A DNA stretch of 57,193 nucleotides from Armatimonadia bacterium (GTDB lineage Bacteria; Armatimonadota; Zipacnadia; UBA1398), in contig WJIW01000269.1 in NCBI GenBank assembly GCA_014730065.1, positions 1 to 57,193 on the forward strand, read 5' to 3'. This document shows positions 17,888 through 26,242 of the stretch, piece by piece. Under the pieces are notes generated by a model. It did not search any database, was not told the DNA's origin, and was given only the letters and a program-made list of their open reading frames with translations. The first letter of the stretch is position 1. Each line of letters opens with the position of its first letter. A program made the position numbers and the translations under genes.

Positions 17888-19047
17888 GCCGATCGGGCCA
17901 GCAGGCGAGCAAACTGGAAGGAAACCCATTGCCAACTCTCTCGCAGCTTCCCACACCGCTGATGATCATCGACGTGGATGTGATGGACCGCAACATCCAG
18001 GCCTTGGCCGACTTCGCCGAGGAGATCGAGCGGGACGTGCGGCCGCACATCAAGACCCACAAGAGCTTGGCCCTCGCCCGGCGCCAGCTCGACGCCGACG
18101 CCGTGGGCCTAACCGTCGCTACGGCATGGGAAGCGGAGGTGTTCTCCGGCTTGTGCGATGACTTGTTCATCGCCCGCTCCATGGCCGACCCCGTCGCCCT
18201 GGACAGGCTGGCGGCCCTCGCCGCCCGCGGCACCAGGATCATCGTGGGCGTGGACGGCGAGGTGCCCGTGGCGGCCCTCGGCCGGGCGGCGGCGACCCAC
18301 TCCACGCGCATCGAGGTCCGCATCGAGATCGACTCGGGGCAGCACCGCTGTGGCGTCGAGCCCGCCGAGGCGGCGGCTCTGGCGCGCCGGGTGGCCGGCG
18401 CCGATGCCCTGGCATTGGAGGGCATCTTCACCCACGAGGGCCACGTGTACAGCGTCAGTGGCCCGGGCGGAGTCGACACCGTCGCCAAGCGGGTCGCGGG
18501 CGCCATGTCCCAGGCCGCCGAGGCGATCCGCTCCGATGGCCATGCCCTTCCCACGGTCAGCGTGGGCTCCACCCCCGCCCGGTTCGCCACGCCGCGGTAC
18601 GAGGGTATCACCGAGATGCGGCCGGGCACCTACATTTTCAACGATGCCACCGCCATGCTGCTGGGCGCGGCCGAGGAGCCTGAATGTGCCGCCGCGGTGC
18701 TGGCGACCGTGATCAGCGTGCCGGGCGGCCGCCAGGTCGTCGTGGATGCGGGCCGGAAGGCCATGGCCTCCGATGGCGTGCCCAGGGAATCCGTGGGCCA
18801 CGTGGTCGGCTGCCCGGGAGCCAGGTTCCACAAGGCGAGCGAGGAGCATGGGATCATCGAGTGGCCCGAGGACCAGCCCCTGCCGCGCGAGGGCGAGCGC
18901 CTGCGCATCATCCCCTTCCACATCTGCCCGGCCATCAACCTGCACGAGGAGCTGGTGCTGGCTCGGGGCGAGGAGATCCTCCAAATCGTGCCCATCGACG
19001 CCAGGGGCTATGGCCGGGTGTCCGAGGTGTTGGGAAGATCTCAGTGA
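17884..19047 (+). CDS. PLP-dependent D-amino-acid enzyme of the DSD1 / D-threonine aldolase / D-serine dehydratase-like family (alanine racemase N-terminal fold)
   Basis: The ATG at 17884 overlaps the upstream TGA (ATGA). LPTPLMIIDVDVMDRNIQAL...RPHIKTHKS is the PLP-lysine motif (H-x-K-T-H-K). C-terminal EHGIIEW...RIIPFHICPAINLHEE is typical of the D-serine-dehydratase-like C-terminal domain. Confidence 0.7.
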   Translation: MSRSGQQASKLEGNPLPTLSQLPTPLMIIDVDVMDRNIQALADFAEEIERDVRPHIKTHKSLALARRQLDADAVGLTVATAWEAEVFSGLCDDLFIARSMADPVALDRLAALAARGTRIIVGVDGEVPVAALGRAAATHSTRIEVRIEIDSGQHRCGVEPAEAAALARRVAGADALALEGIFTHEGHVYSVSGPGGVDTVAKRVAGAMSQAAEAIRSDGHALPTVSVGSTPARFATPRYEGITEMRPGTYIFNDATAMLLGAAEEPECAAAVLATVISVPGGRQVVVDAGRKAMASDGVPRESVGHVVGCPGARFHKASEEHGIIEWPEDQPLPREGERLRIIPFHICPAINLHEELVLARGEEILQIVPIDARGYGRVSEVLGRSQ

Positions 19048-19238
19048 CCTACGGGCATCCGTGCTGGGCATGATGCGCCAGGCCTTCGCGCCTGCCGGTT
19101 GCTCAAGGGCGCCAACGCCGGCGGCGCCGTCATCGCCGATGTGCCCGACGCACCGTTCACCTCTCACGCGTGCCGCCGGGAGGGCAACAACCCCGCGACC
19201 TTACGCCTCGGCCTCAAGGGCGAGCAGGGCCACCGGGG

Positions 19239-20741
19239 CTACGGCAGCCGGTCGAACAGATCTCTGTCTTTAAGGGCCTGGTAGAGATCCCGGTAGAGCG
19301 GGAGCAAGCGCTCGTACGCCTCGGCCGCTCCCGGGTCTGGCTCCAGTCGGTCGGTGTGGGCCAGGAATGGACGGGTGAGGTCTGCCGGCCGCGCGACCAG
19401 TCCGCCCGCCGCGGCTCCGCAGGCCGCCGCCCCGAGGAGGGTCGCCTCCTCGAACTCCAGGGCCACGACGGGGAGGCCCGTGGCGGCGGCCCGGGCCCGG
19501 TTGAGGACCTCCGAGGAGGCCGGCCGGCCCACGATGGTGATGTGCCCCGGCATGTGGTTCTCGGTCGGGAGGGCATCCAGGCAGGTGCGGATGGCCAGCG
19601 CCCCGCCATCCACCACCGCTCGCGCCACCTCGGCGGGGCCCGTCGAAGGCGTCATGCCGTGCAGCACCCCCGTGGCGGCGGGATCGCGCACGGGGGTGCG
19701 CTCGCCCATGAGGTAGGGCAGGAAGACCACGCCGCTCTCGCCAGGTGGGATGGACGAGGCGAGTCGGATCACCCGCTCCACCGGGTCGCCGGGCTCGCCA
19801 CCGAGAAGCTGCCCGCACCACTCCACCGAGCCGCCCGTGTACATAGTGGGCGCCATACTCAGCCACCGGCCCGGAAGGGCGTGGGCCGCGCAGTAAAGCC
19901 TGCCGTCGTAGCGGTACTCGTCCAGGCAGAGGCAGAGGGTGTCCGTGGTCCCGCTGGAGAGGAAGCACTGGCCCGGCTCGGTGCATCCACTGCCCACGGC
20001 GGCGCACGACGTATCGCCTCCCCCTAGGGCGACGGGGACATCCTCGGGCAGGCCGAGGATCTGAGCCGCGGCCCCCCCGAGCCGACCCACAGGCTGGCTG
20101 CCCTGAATGGGCGCCGGCCACTGGGCGGGGTCGATGCCCAGGGCCTCCATCAGCTCCTCGGACCAGCGGCCCGCGCCAGTGTCGAAGACCCCGGTCATGC
20201 TGGCATTGGCCCGGTCCATGGCGACCTGGCCCGTCATCCAAGCACCCATCCAGGTCGTGCCGTGACCCAGCCAGCGAGCCCGCTCGGCAACTTCCGGCTC
20301 CACCTCCCGGAGCCAGAGGTAGCTGAGCACCGAGGTGGTCCCCGGCGTCAGCTCGCCGCCGCCCGTGCGCTCGATCCGGTCGGCCAAGCCCCGCTCACGC
20401 AGCTCCCGAGCCTGCCCAACGGAGCGCCGATCGGAGTACAGGATGGCGGGGCGGAGGGCATTCCCATCCTCGTCCATGGCGATCAGGGCGGGGAACAGAC
20501 CGGTCACACCGATGGTGCCCACTCGGCGCCGCTGCTCCGCCGGCAGCTTGGCGACGGCGGCGGTCAGGGCATCGCGCCAGCGACCTGGATCGGCCTCGGA
20601 CCAAGTGGGGTGGCCGGGCACAGGGGCCAGCTCGTACGCCTCGCCCACACACGCCACGGGCACGTCATCGCCAGGCTCGAACAACCCCACCTTCACCGAT
20701 CCCGTGCCCAGGTCTATCCCCATGGCCAAAGTGCCAACCAA
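19239..20741 (-). CDS. FGGY-family carbohydrate kinase (xylulokinase/gluconokinase-like)
   Basis: Part of ORF 19239..20795. The TTG at 20741 lies 7 nt after GGAGGA, and the alternative ATG at 20723 lacks an SD. N-terminal AMGIDLGTGSVKVGLF is the actin-fold phosphate-1 motif. Later GGGDTSCAAVGSG and YLMGERTP are typical FGGY motifs. Confidence 0.8.
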   Translation of the reverse strand: MVGTLAMGIDLGTGSVKVGLFEPGDDVPVACVGEAYELAPVPGHPTWSEADPGRWRDALTAAVAKLPAEQRRRVGTIGVTGLFPALIAMDEDGNALRPAILYSDRRSVGQARELRERGLADRIERTGGGELTPGTTSVLSYLWLREVEPEVAERARWLGHGTTWMGAWMTGQVAMDRANASMTGVFDTGAGRWSEELMEALGIDPAQWPAPIQGSQPVGRLGGAAAQILGLPEDVPVALGGGDTSCAAVGSGCTEPGQCFLSSGTTDTLCLCLDEYRYDGRLYCAAHALPGRWLSMAPTMYTGGSVEWCGQLLGGEPGDPVERVIRLASSIPPGESGVVFLPYLMGERTPVRDPAATGVLHGMTPSTGPAEVARAVVDGGALAIRTCLDALPTENHMPGHITIVGRPASSEVLNRARAAATGLPVVALEFEEATLLGAAACGAAAGGLVARPADLTRPFLAHTDRLEPDPGAAEAYERLLPLYRDLYQALKDRDLFDRLP

Positions 20742-20802
20742 CGCCGTATCCTCCCCGGCTCCGCGAGGTTCGCCGGTGACCGGTGGCGAACCCACGGGCC
20801 AT

Positions 20803-22347
20803 ATGGGCCCTAACTTCCTGATGATCTACTGCGACGAGCTGCGCGCCGATGTCTTCGGACACGCCGGCCATCCGCGGGTACGCACGCCCCGTCTCGATGA
20901 GCTGGCCGAATCATCCCACGTCTTCGATAGCTGCTACGTTCCCTGCCCGATCTGCATGCCCTCCCGGACGGCCCTGGCCACCGGGCGGTACCCCCGCTCG
21001 AACGGCTGCCTGGATAACGCCACACCATCCCTGGAGAGCGAGTCGGCCAGGTCCCTGTACCGGCTGATGCACGAGGGGGGCTGGCGGATGGAGAATGTCG
21101 GCAAGTACCATCTGGGCTGGCCCCTGGAGGACAGCGGCTTCGTCCTCCACGAGGGCATTCACGACGGTTTCGGGCCCTTCGGACCCGCCAATCCCGCCCT
21201 CCGCCGGCAGGCACGCTACGCTCGCCTCGACGGCGATCTGCCCATCATCATCTGGGGTTCGTCCCCTCTGCGGCCCGAGGAGACGAACGCGGCTCTCACC
21301 GTGGATTCCGCCCTGCGGCGGCTCGATGAGGTCGACTCGAGGCAGCCCTTCTTCCTGCGCGCCGCCATCAACATGCCCCATACCCCCTACGCGCCGCCGA
21401 TGCCGTACGCCAACTGGTACGATCCCGCCGAGGAGCGACTCCCCGCGAGCTACGGCGACGGCATCAGTACCAAGCCAACCCTGGTCCAGCTCTTCCACGA
21501 CTCGCGCCGGTACGGCGACCTGGCCCCCGACGACATCCGCCGCTGCCGCTGCTCGTACTACGGCCTGGTGAGCTACATCGACCACGAGGTGGGCCGTCTT
21601 CTCGATGGGCTGGCCGAGCGCGGGATGCGGGACGACACCGTGGTCGTATTCACCTCCGATCACGGGTCATGCCTGGGCGAGCATGGCTGGATCGAGAAGT
21701 GGGGCCATCTGTGGGAGGAGACCTGCCGGGTGCCGCTGATGATCTCGGGGCCGGGGGTCTCAAGGGGCCGGTCGGAGGGCTTAGTGGAGCAGATCGATCT
21801 GATGCCCACCCTTCTGGAGCTGGCAGGGCAGAGCCCGCCCGATGAGGTGCAGGGCCGCTCACTTATGCCGATGGTCTCGGGCGGCGATGGGGCCGGCAGG
21901 GGAGCGGTGTTCGCCGAGACCTTCGTCCCCGCCCTCATGACCGAGCCCGCCGTCAGCGTGCGCACCCGCCAGTGGAAGCGTACTCGGTACCCACACATGG
22001 CCGATATCGAGCACAGATTGCCGGGCGACCACCCGCGCAGGGGACATCCCATGTTCGATGAGGAGAGCTTGGTCGAAGGCGAGCTATACGATTTGGCCAC
22101 TGACCCCGGCGAGACGCGCAACCTGCTTCTGGAGCAGCCCGGCCATCCGGCCTTGTCCGCTCTGGACCGAGAACTAGACGAATGGCAAGATTCATGTGAG
22201 CCGGCGGTGGACTGGGAGCTGCTCACCCCGCCGCCGGGCTTCCATTGGTCGCAGCAGCGGCTGATGGAGGGTGCCACCCTCCGCAACATCTCAAGGACGT
22301 GGGGCGACCGGCCGACGGTCGCCCGCAGAGCCTCGGGGCCGGGTTAG
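20803..22347 (+). CDS. Cys-type sulfatase (arylsulfatase family), no signal peptide
   Basis: Part of ORF 20335..22347. Start is the ATG at 20803, or alternatively the GTG at 20776, which has GAGG 8 nt upstream. PNFLMIYCDELRAD...CPICMPSRTALATGRYP contains the C-x-P-S-R formylglycine motif. FTSDHGSCLGEHG is the conserved sulfatase C-terminal motif. Confidence 0.85.
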   Translation: MGPNFLMIYCDELRADVFGHAGHPRVRTPRLDELAESSHVFDSCYVPCPICMPSRTALATGRYPRSNGCLDNATPSLESESARSLYRLMHEGGWRMENVGKYHLGWPLEDSGFVLHEGIHDGFGPFGPANPALRRQARYARLDGDLPIIIWGSSPLRPEETNAALTVDSALRRLDEVDSRQPFFLRAAINMPHTPYAPPMPYANWYDPAEERLPASYGDGISTKPTLVQLFHDSRRYGDLAPDDIRRCRCSYYGLVSYIDHEVGRLLDGLAERGMRDDTVVVFTSDHGSCLGEHGWIEKWGHLWEETCRVPLMISGPGVSRGRSEGLVEQIDLMPTLLELAGQSPPDEVQGRSLMPMVSGGDGAGRGAVFAETFVPALMTEPAVSVRTRQWKRTRYPHMADIEHRLPGDHPRRGHPMFDEESLVEGELYDLATDPGETRNLLLEQPGHPALSALDRELDEWQDSCEPAVDWELLTPPPGFHWSQQRLMEGATLRNISRTWGDRPTVARRASGPG

Positions 22348-22379
22348 CGGCCGCCGAGAACGGAACAGGAGCCTGAACC

Positions 22380-23330
22380 ATGGCATACGAAGGACCCCCT
22401 CCGCCTCCGCCCCCGCCGCCCGGTGGACCGCCCGACGACGAAGAGTCGCAGGGCTCTCAGCAGCCGAGCCAGCCTCCCCAGCAGGGACAGCAACCCCAGC
22501 AGGGACAGCAACCCGAGCAGGGACAGCAACCCGAGCAGGGCGGGGAGCCCCCTCAGCCCCCCGCACAGCCGCCGTGGACTCCACCCCAGGAGGGCGAGCC
22601 CGCTCAGCCTCAGTTCAGCGACACCCCGCCCCAGCAGCCCGGCCAGGAGCCGCAACAACCCCAACAGCCACAGCAGCCCCCGCCCCAGCCGCCCTGGGGT
22701 CCGCAGCCCGAGGGGCAGCCCGTGCAGCCCCAGACACCGCCTCCGCCCCAGCAGGTAGGTGGCCAGCCACCTCCCCAGACCGACTGGCAGCAGCAGCAGC
22801 CCAGTCAGCCGCCGCCCCAAGGAGGATGGCAGCAGCCCCCCCAGGGCCCGCCTCAGCAGTATGGCGGCCAGCCCTATGCCACCGCGCAGCCGCCGAAGAA
22901 GCAGCGCCCGGTGGGCCTGATCATCGGGTGTGTGGTGCTTGGCATCCTCGGCCTGGTCGCCTGCTGCGGGGGCGGGGCGTGGTACTTCATGCGTCAGGCG
23001 GGCGGACTGGTGGGAGTCTCGGGCTCGACCTGGTACGTGAACGTGATGCAAGGCAACTACGCCGCCGCGGCGGACATGACCGTGGGCGGCGAGTCCGAGG
23101 CCAAAGCCCTGGCCACCAAGATCAACGATGAGTTCGGGAACGTAGTGCCCACGGGCCAGGAGATGCTCGATGTGGAGGCACAGGTCTCGTCGGACGGCCA
23201 GACGGCCGAGGTGCCCATCGCCGTTAGCGGATCCAAGGCGAGTGGCACCGCGGTGCTCCATATGCAACTGGGCGGCGACGGCATGTGGCAGGTCGAGGAC
23301 GTGTCCTTTGAGGACGTCACCGCCAAGTAG
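22380..23330 (+). CDS. Pro/Gln-rich single-pass membrane protein with a small globular C-terminal domain
   Basis: ATG at 22380 follows GGAG. Residues 1 to about 175 are almost only P/Q/G/E. Then comes a TM helix VGLIIGCVVLGILGLVACCGGGAWYF, then about 110 ordinary residues. The frame has consistent GC3. Confidence 0.6.
   Translation: MAYEGPPPPPPPPPGGPPDDEESQGSQQPSQPPQQGQQPQQGQQPEQGQQPEQGGEPPQPPAQPPWTPPQEGEPAQPQFSDTPPQQPGQEPQQPQQPQQPPPQPPWGPQPEGQPVQPQTPPPPQQVGGQPPPQTDWQQQQPSQPPPQGGWQQPPQGPPQQYGGQPYATAQPPKKQRPVGLIIGCVVLGILGLVACCGGGAWYFMRQAGGLVGVSGSTWYVNVMQGNYAAAADMTVGGESEAKALATKINDEFGNVVPTGQEMLDVEAQVSSDGQTAEVPIAVSGSKASGTAVLHMQLGGDGMWQVEDVSFEDVTAK
22479..22550 (+). repeat. 18-bp in-frame tandem repeat (about 3.5 units) encoding QQGQQP/EQGQQP
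   Basis: CAGCAGGGACAGCAACCC at 22479-22496 and 22497-22514 are identical. GAGCAGGGACAGCAACCC at 22515-22532 differs by 1 nt. A degenerate unit occupies 22533-22550. Confidence 0.85.
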
Positions 23331-23336
23331 CGGGTA

Positions 23337-23366
23337 GGGCGCCCATCGGGCCCCGGATGGGCGCCC
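23337..23366 (+). terminator. GC-rich hairpin just after the PQ-rich gene (terminator candidate without U-tract)
   Basis: GGGCGCCCATC (23337-23347) pairs perfectly with GATGGGCGCCC (23356-23366), with an 8-nt loop. It starts 7 nt after the TAG at 23328-23330 and is followed by CAAAATACC, with no T-run. Confidence 0.4.
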
Positions 23367-23387
23367 CAAAATACCGCATTCGCCTCT

Positions 23388-23413
23388 GTAAACCTCTGCC
23401 ACGGCTACCCGTC
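23388..23413 (+). promoter_or_regulatory. Candidate ECF-type (autoregulatory) promoter
   Basis: GTAAAC (23388-23393), 16 nt, CGTC (23410-23413) fits the generic ECF consensus AAC-N16/17-CGT. It lies 46 nt upstream of the sigma gene ATG at 23459. Confidence 0.3.
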
Positions 23414-23458
23414 AACCTAGGTAGAGAGCAGAGGAAGCGACGTGCCGTGGTTGCCAGG

Positions 23459-24037
23459 ATGAAGCGAACTGAGCCCGTGGTATCGGATTCGGCCCTCGTG
23501 GCCCGCGCTCTGCTGGGCGATGAGTCCGGGTTTTCCGGCCTCGTGGAGCGCCATGTCGAGATGCTCACCCGCACCGCGTGGCGCTTTACGGGCAACCAGG
23601 AAGACGCCGAGGACGTCGTTGCCGAGACCTTTCTGCGAGCCTACTCCCGGCTCGAGGAGATCCGCGGCGTCGAGACCATCGCCCCCTGGCTCCGCACCAT
23701 CACGACTAACCTGTGCCTGGATGGGTATCGTAAGAAGAAGTACCGGGGACAGCGGATCCACGATTACGCTCGGGCCGTGCCGACCATCAGCACAGAGCAC
23801 GACCCCCAGGGCTCCGCTCTGGCTCGGGAAGCCCAGGCGGAGCTGAGCCGGGCGCTGAGGCAGCTCTCGCCCCGGCAGAGAACGGCCTTCCTGCTGTTCG
23901 AGGTGGAAGGCAAGGACATCAAGTCCGTCGCCGAGGAGATGGGCTGCTCCCAGGGCACGGTCAAAGCCCAGCTCCATCGAGCGCGCAGAAGACTCAAGGA
24001 TCTCATGGGCGATTACCTCGCCCGGAGTGGAGAGTGA
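23459..24037 (+). CDS. ECF RNA polymerase sigma factor
   Basis: Part of ORF 23357..24037, with ATG at 23459. Region 2: GLVERHVEMLTRTAWRFTGNQEDAEDVVAETFLRAYSRL...WLRTITTNLCLD. Region 4: LSPRQRTAFLLFEVEGKDIKSVAEEMGCSQGTVKAQLHRARRRLK. Confidence 0.85.
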   Translation: MKRTEPVVSDSALVARALLGDESGFSGLVERHVEMLTRTAWRFTGNQEDAEDVVAETFLRAYSRLEEIRGVETIAPWLRTITTNLCLDGYRKKKYRGQRIHDYARAVPTISTEHDPQGSALAREAQAELSRALRQLSPRQRTAFLLFEVEGKDIKSVAEEMGCSQGTVKAQLHRARRRLKDLMGDYLARSGE

Positions 24038-24882
24038 CATACATGCGGTGTCGCCAGGCCATGGTGGTGGTCCACGACCTGCTCGATGATCGGCGCCCAC
24101 TTTCGGAGTCGCGCGAGCTCATGGAGCATCTGGACGCCTGCGACCGCTGCTCGAAGGAAGTCGCCGATCTGGCGGCTCTATCGCAGCTTGTGGCCGACCG
24201 TCCCGAACCCGGGGCGGTGCCTGTGGAGCGGATCAAGGCTCGCGTCATGGACGAGATCATCGCCGACCGGCACAGGCGAGAGCGGCCGAGACCGGCCCTG
24301 TCGCCCGCGCTGGCCGCCGCTGTGGGCTCTGCGGCCGTGATCACCGTGTTCGCCATTGGTATCGTCGTCGGCCGAGGAACGGCGCCCCAGCCGGGCGCCC
24401 CCGCGAGTGAGCCGGGTGGATCTTCAGGTCGCACCATCCCCATGATCGGCGGCGGCACCGCCGCCGGGCCCTCACTATCGATCGATGCGCCCGTGTTCAC
24501 CATGGGTAGCGAGGACGATGGCGGCAAGCAGGCCGTTCCTATGGACGAGACACGGGAGGAAGACGCGGTGGAGCCTAGCGCCGATGGATCGGCCCCCACT
24601 GCGGCGGACGCCCGTCCGTCCAGGGCCGCAGCAAACCGGCGCCCCATTGTGCCCCGCGGACGCAGTGTGCGGAGCCCGAGCGAGCGGCTGACCTATACGA
24701 CCACCCAGGTGCCTCGGGCACCCGAGGACCAGCCCTCGCCCAGGAGCACCCCCGAGGTGCGGTCTTACGAGCTCGAGGTGCCCGAGCTGCAGATGCCCAC
24801 GCCCTCATCACCGAAGGGCGGCGGCGATGAAGGAGACTCCGGCGCCAAGATCATCCTGATCGTGCCGGGCCAGGAGTTCTGA
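24034..24882 (+). CDS. Anti-sigma factor (zf-HC2 type), single-pass membrane protein
   Basis: The GTG at 24034 overlaps the sigma gene stop (GTGA); the alternative is the ATG at 24043. MEHLDACDRC is the H-x3-C-x2-C zinc motif. TM helix ALSPALAAAVGSAAVITVFAIGIVVG, followed by a Pro/Ser-rich extracytoplasmic tail. Confidence 0.7.
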   Translation: MTYMRCRQAMVVVHDLLDDRRPLSESRELMEHLDACDRCSKEVADLAALSQLVADRPEPGAVPVERIKARVMDEIIADRHRRERPRPALSPALAAAVGSAAVITVFAIGIVVGRGTAPQPGAPASEPGGSSGRTIPMIGGGTAAGPSLSIDAPVFTMGSEDDGGKQAVPMDETREEDAVEPSADGSAPTAADARPSRAAANRRPIVPRGRSVRSPSERLTYTTTQVPRAPEDQPSPRSTPEVRSYELEVPELQMPTPSSPKGGGDEGDSGAKIILIVPGQEF

Positions 24883-24961
24883 GGTCGAGACCGGGCCTGG
24901 AGCCGAGGTGCCAGGTCGCTGACAGTGGGACGAGATGAGCGGGTTGGGAAGAGGGACGCGC

Positions 24962-26185
24962 ATGAAGAGGCTGGCATTCGCACTGGGGATCATGACCGCA
25001 CTTATGGGACTGGGTTCGGCTTGGGCCCAGGGTGGCGAGGCCGAGGCGCCCGAGGCCCCGGCGCCGGCTCCGTGGGAGGGCCGGGAGTCCGACCCCATCG
25101 AGCTGCAGATCGAGTGCCAGCTCCTGTACCTGCCCGGGGGGCCTGACACCCACTCGATGATCCTCCAGGGCCAGCAGCTCAGCTACAGCCACACCAGCCG
25201 CACCCTCGTGCTCATCGATGCCACCGAAGCCAGCATCGGCAGCATCCAGGACACGCCCACTGGCGAGAGCTTGGGGACCCCAGCTACAGCCACACGGGGC
25301 GGCCAGAGCGTCGAGGTCAGCATCACCCAGCCCCTCGGCTTCGCCGTCCCCGCCGAGGACGTTCCCGACGAGTTCACCATGCCCGAGGACGAGTGGGGCC
25401 TCAGCATCCATCTCCATCCCCTGTATCACGAGGCTAAGGACCGCATCCACCTCTACACCATGCTCCAGACCCGAACCCCGCGAGGGGGCGGGATCGAGGA
25501 GTCCGAGGCGGTGGATCAGCTCTACTTCCCCTGGTTCGTCATCCCCTGCGAGCCGGGGGCCACTAGCCTGCTTCTGCTTCCCCCCGCCGCCAGCGCCCAG
25601 GACGAGGAGTCCGGCTCGGGGGCCCTGCTGCCCCGCGGCTTGGGGCTCACCGATCCCCTCTCGGACATCCGATACGCCCTTACGATGCGAGTCCAGGAGC
25701 TGGGCGCACCCCCGCCAGAGCGCGACGATGCAGCCTACCCGACATTCCGCGTAGGCAACCAGTGGGCCGTCCACGCCACCGCCTCCACCCAGGTGAGTGC
25801 TATTCTCGAAGCCGTGAAAGACCGGACCGGCGTGGGGCTCTCGCTCCTGGGTGATGACATCACCCCCAACGCGGTACGGGAGGGCGAGGTCAAGGTGCTG
25901 TTCCAGTTCCCCGGCGCCGAGCCCGAGGACGAGCTGACCCTCCACGCCCTGCGCCTCACCGATCTCGCCAGCCTGTTCGCCCAGGGCGGCGATCCCTCGC
26001 TGCCCGAAGGGCTGTCTTGGCGCCAGCTTCAGGCCCTGGACGACGTCGCCAAGCGGGACATGATGCGTGAAGCCCTGGACCGGCTCGAGGACGAGTTGGA
26101 GGCCACCCAGCGCATGATCACAGAGCTGCGCGCCGAGATGGAGGCGGCCCAGGCCCAAGCCGAGGGCACCGACTCCACCGACTGA
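24962..26185 (+). CDS. Hypothetical secreted protein with C-terminal coiled coil
   Basis: Part of ORF 24935..26185. The ATG at 24962 lies 5 nt after GAGGGA and gives signal peptide MKRLAFALGIMTALMGLGSAWAQG. Composition is balanced, unlike the 435-aa antisense ORF. No recognisable motif. Confidence 0.6.
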   Translation: MKRLAFALGIMTALMGLGSAWAQGGEAEAPEAPAPAPWEGRESDPIELQIECQLLYLPGGPDTHSMILQGQQLSYSHTSRTLVLIDATEASIGSIQDTPTGESLGTPATATRGGQSVEVSITQPLGFAVPAEDVPDEFTMPEDEWGLSIHLHPLYHEAKDRIHLYTMLQTRTPRGGGIEESEAVDQLYFPWFVIPCEPGATSLLLLPPAASAQDEESGSGALLPRGLGLTDPLSDIRYALTMRVQELGAPPPERDDAAYPTFRVGNQWAVHATASTQVSAILEAVKDRTGVGLSLLGDDITPNAVREGEVKVLFQFPGAEPEDELTLHALRLTDLASLFAQGGDPSLPEGLSWRQLQALDDVAKRDMMREALDRLEDELEATQRMITELRAEMEAAQAQAEGTDSTD

Positions 26186-26242
26186 GCCGCGGCCTCAGGT
26201 ACGGCTTGCGACCCACCGGGCCCAGCGCGTACAATCCCGACC

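Noticed and set aside
22380-22900. Repeat-rich stretch as a CRISPR array or non-coding satellite
   Set aside because: The repeats are contiguous 18-mers with no spacers, stay in frame, and encode QQGQQP within a long ORF that continues into a TM helix and a globular domain.
24851-26158. 435-aa minus-strand ORF fully antisense to the 24962-26185 gene
   Set aside because: It has an Arg/Gly/Leu/Pro-rich shadow composition and no SD or signal features. The plus-strand frame has a clean signal peptide, an SD and balanced composition. This is a typical high-GC antisense artefact.
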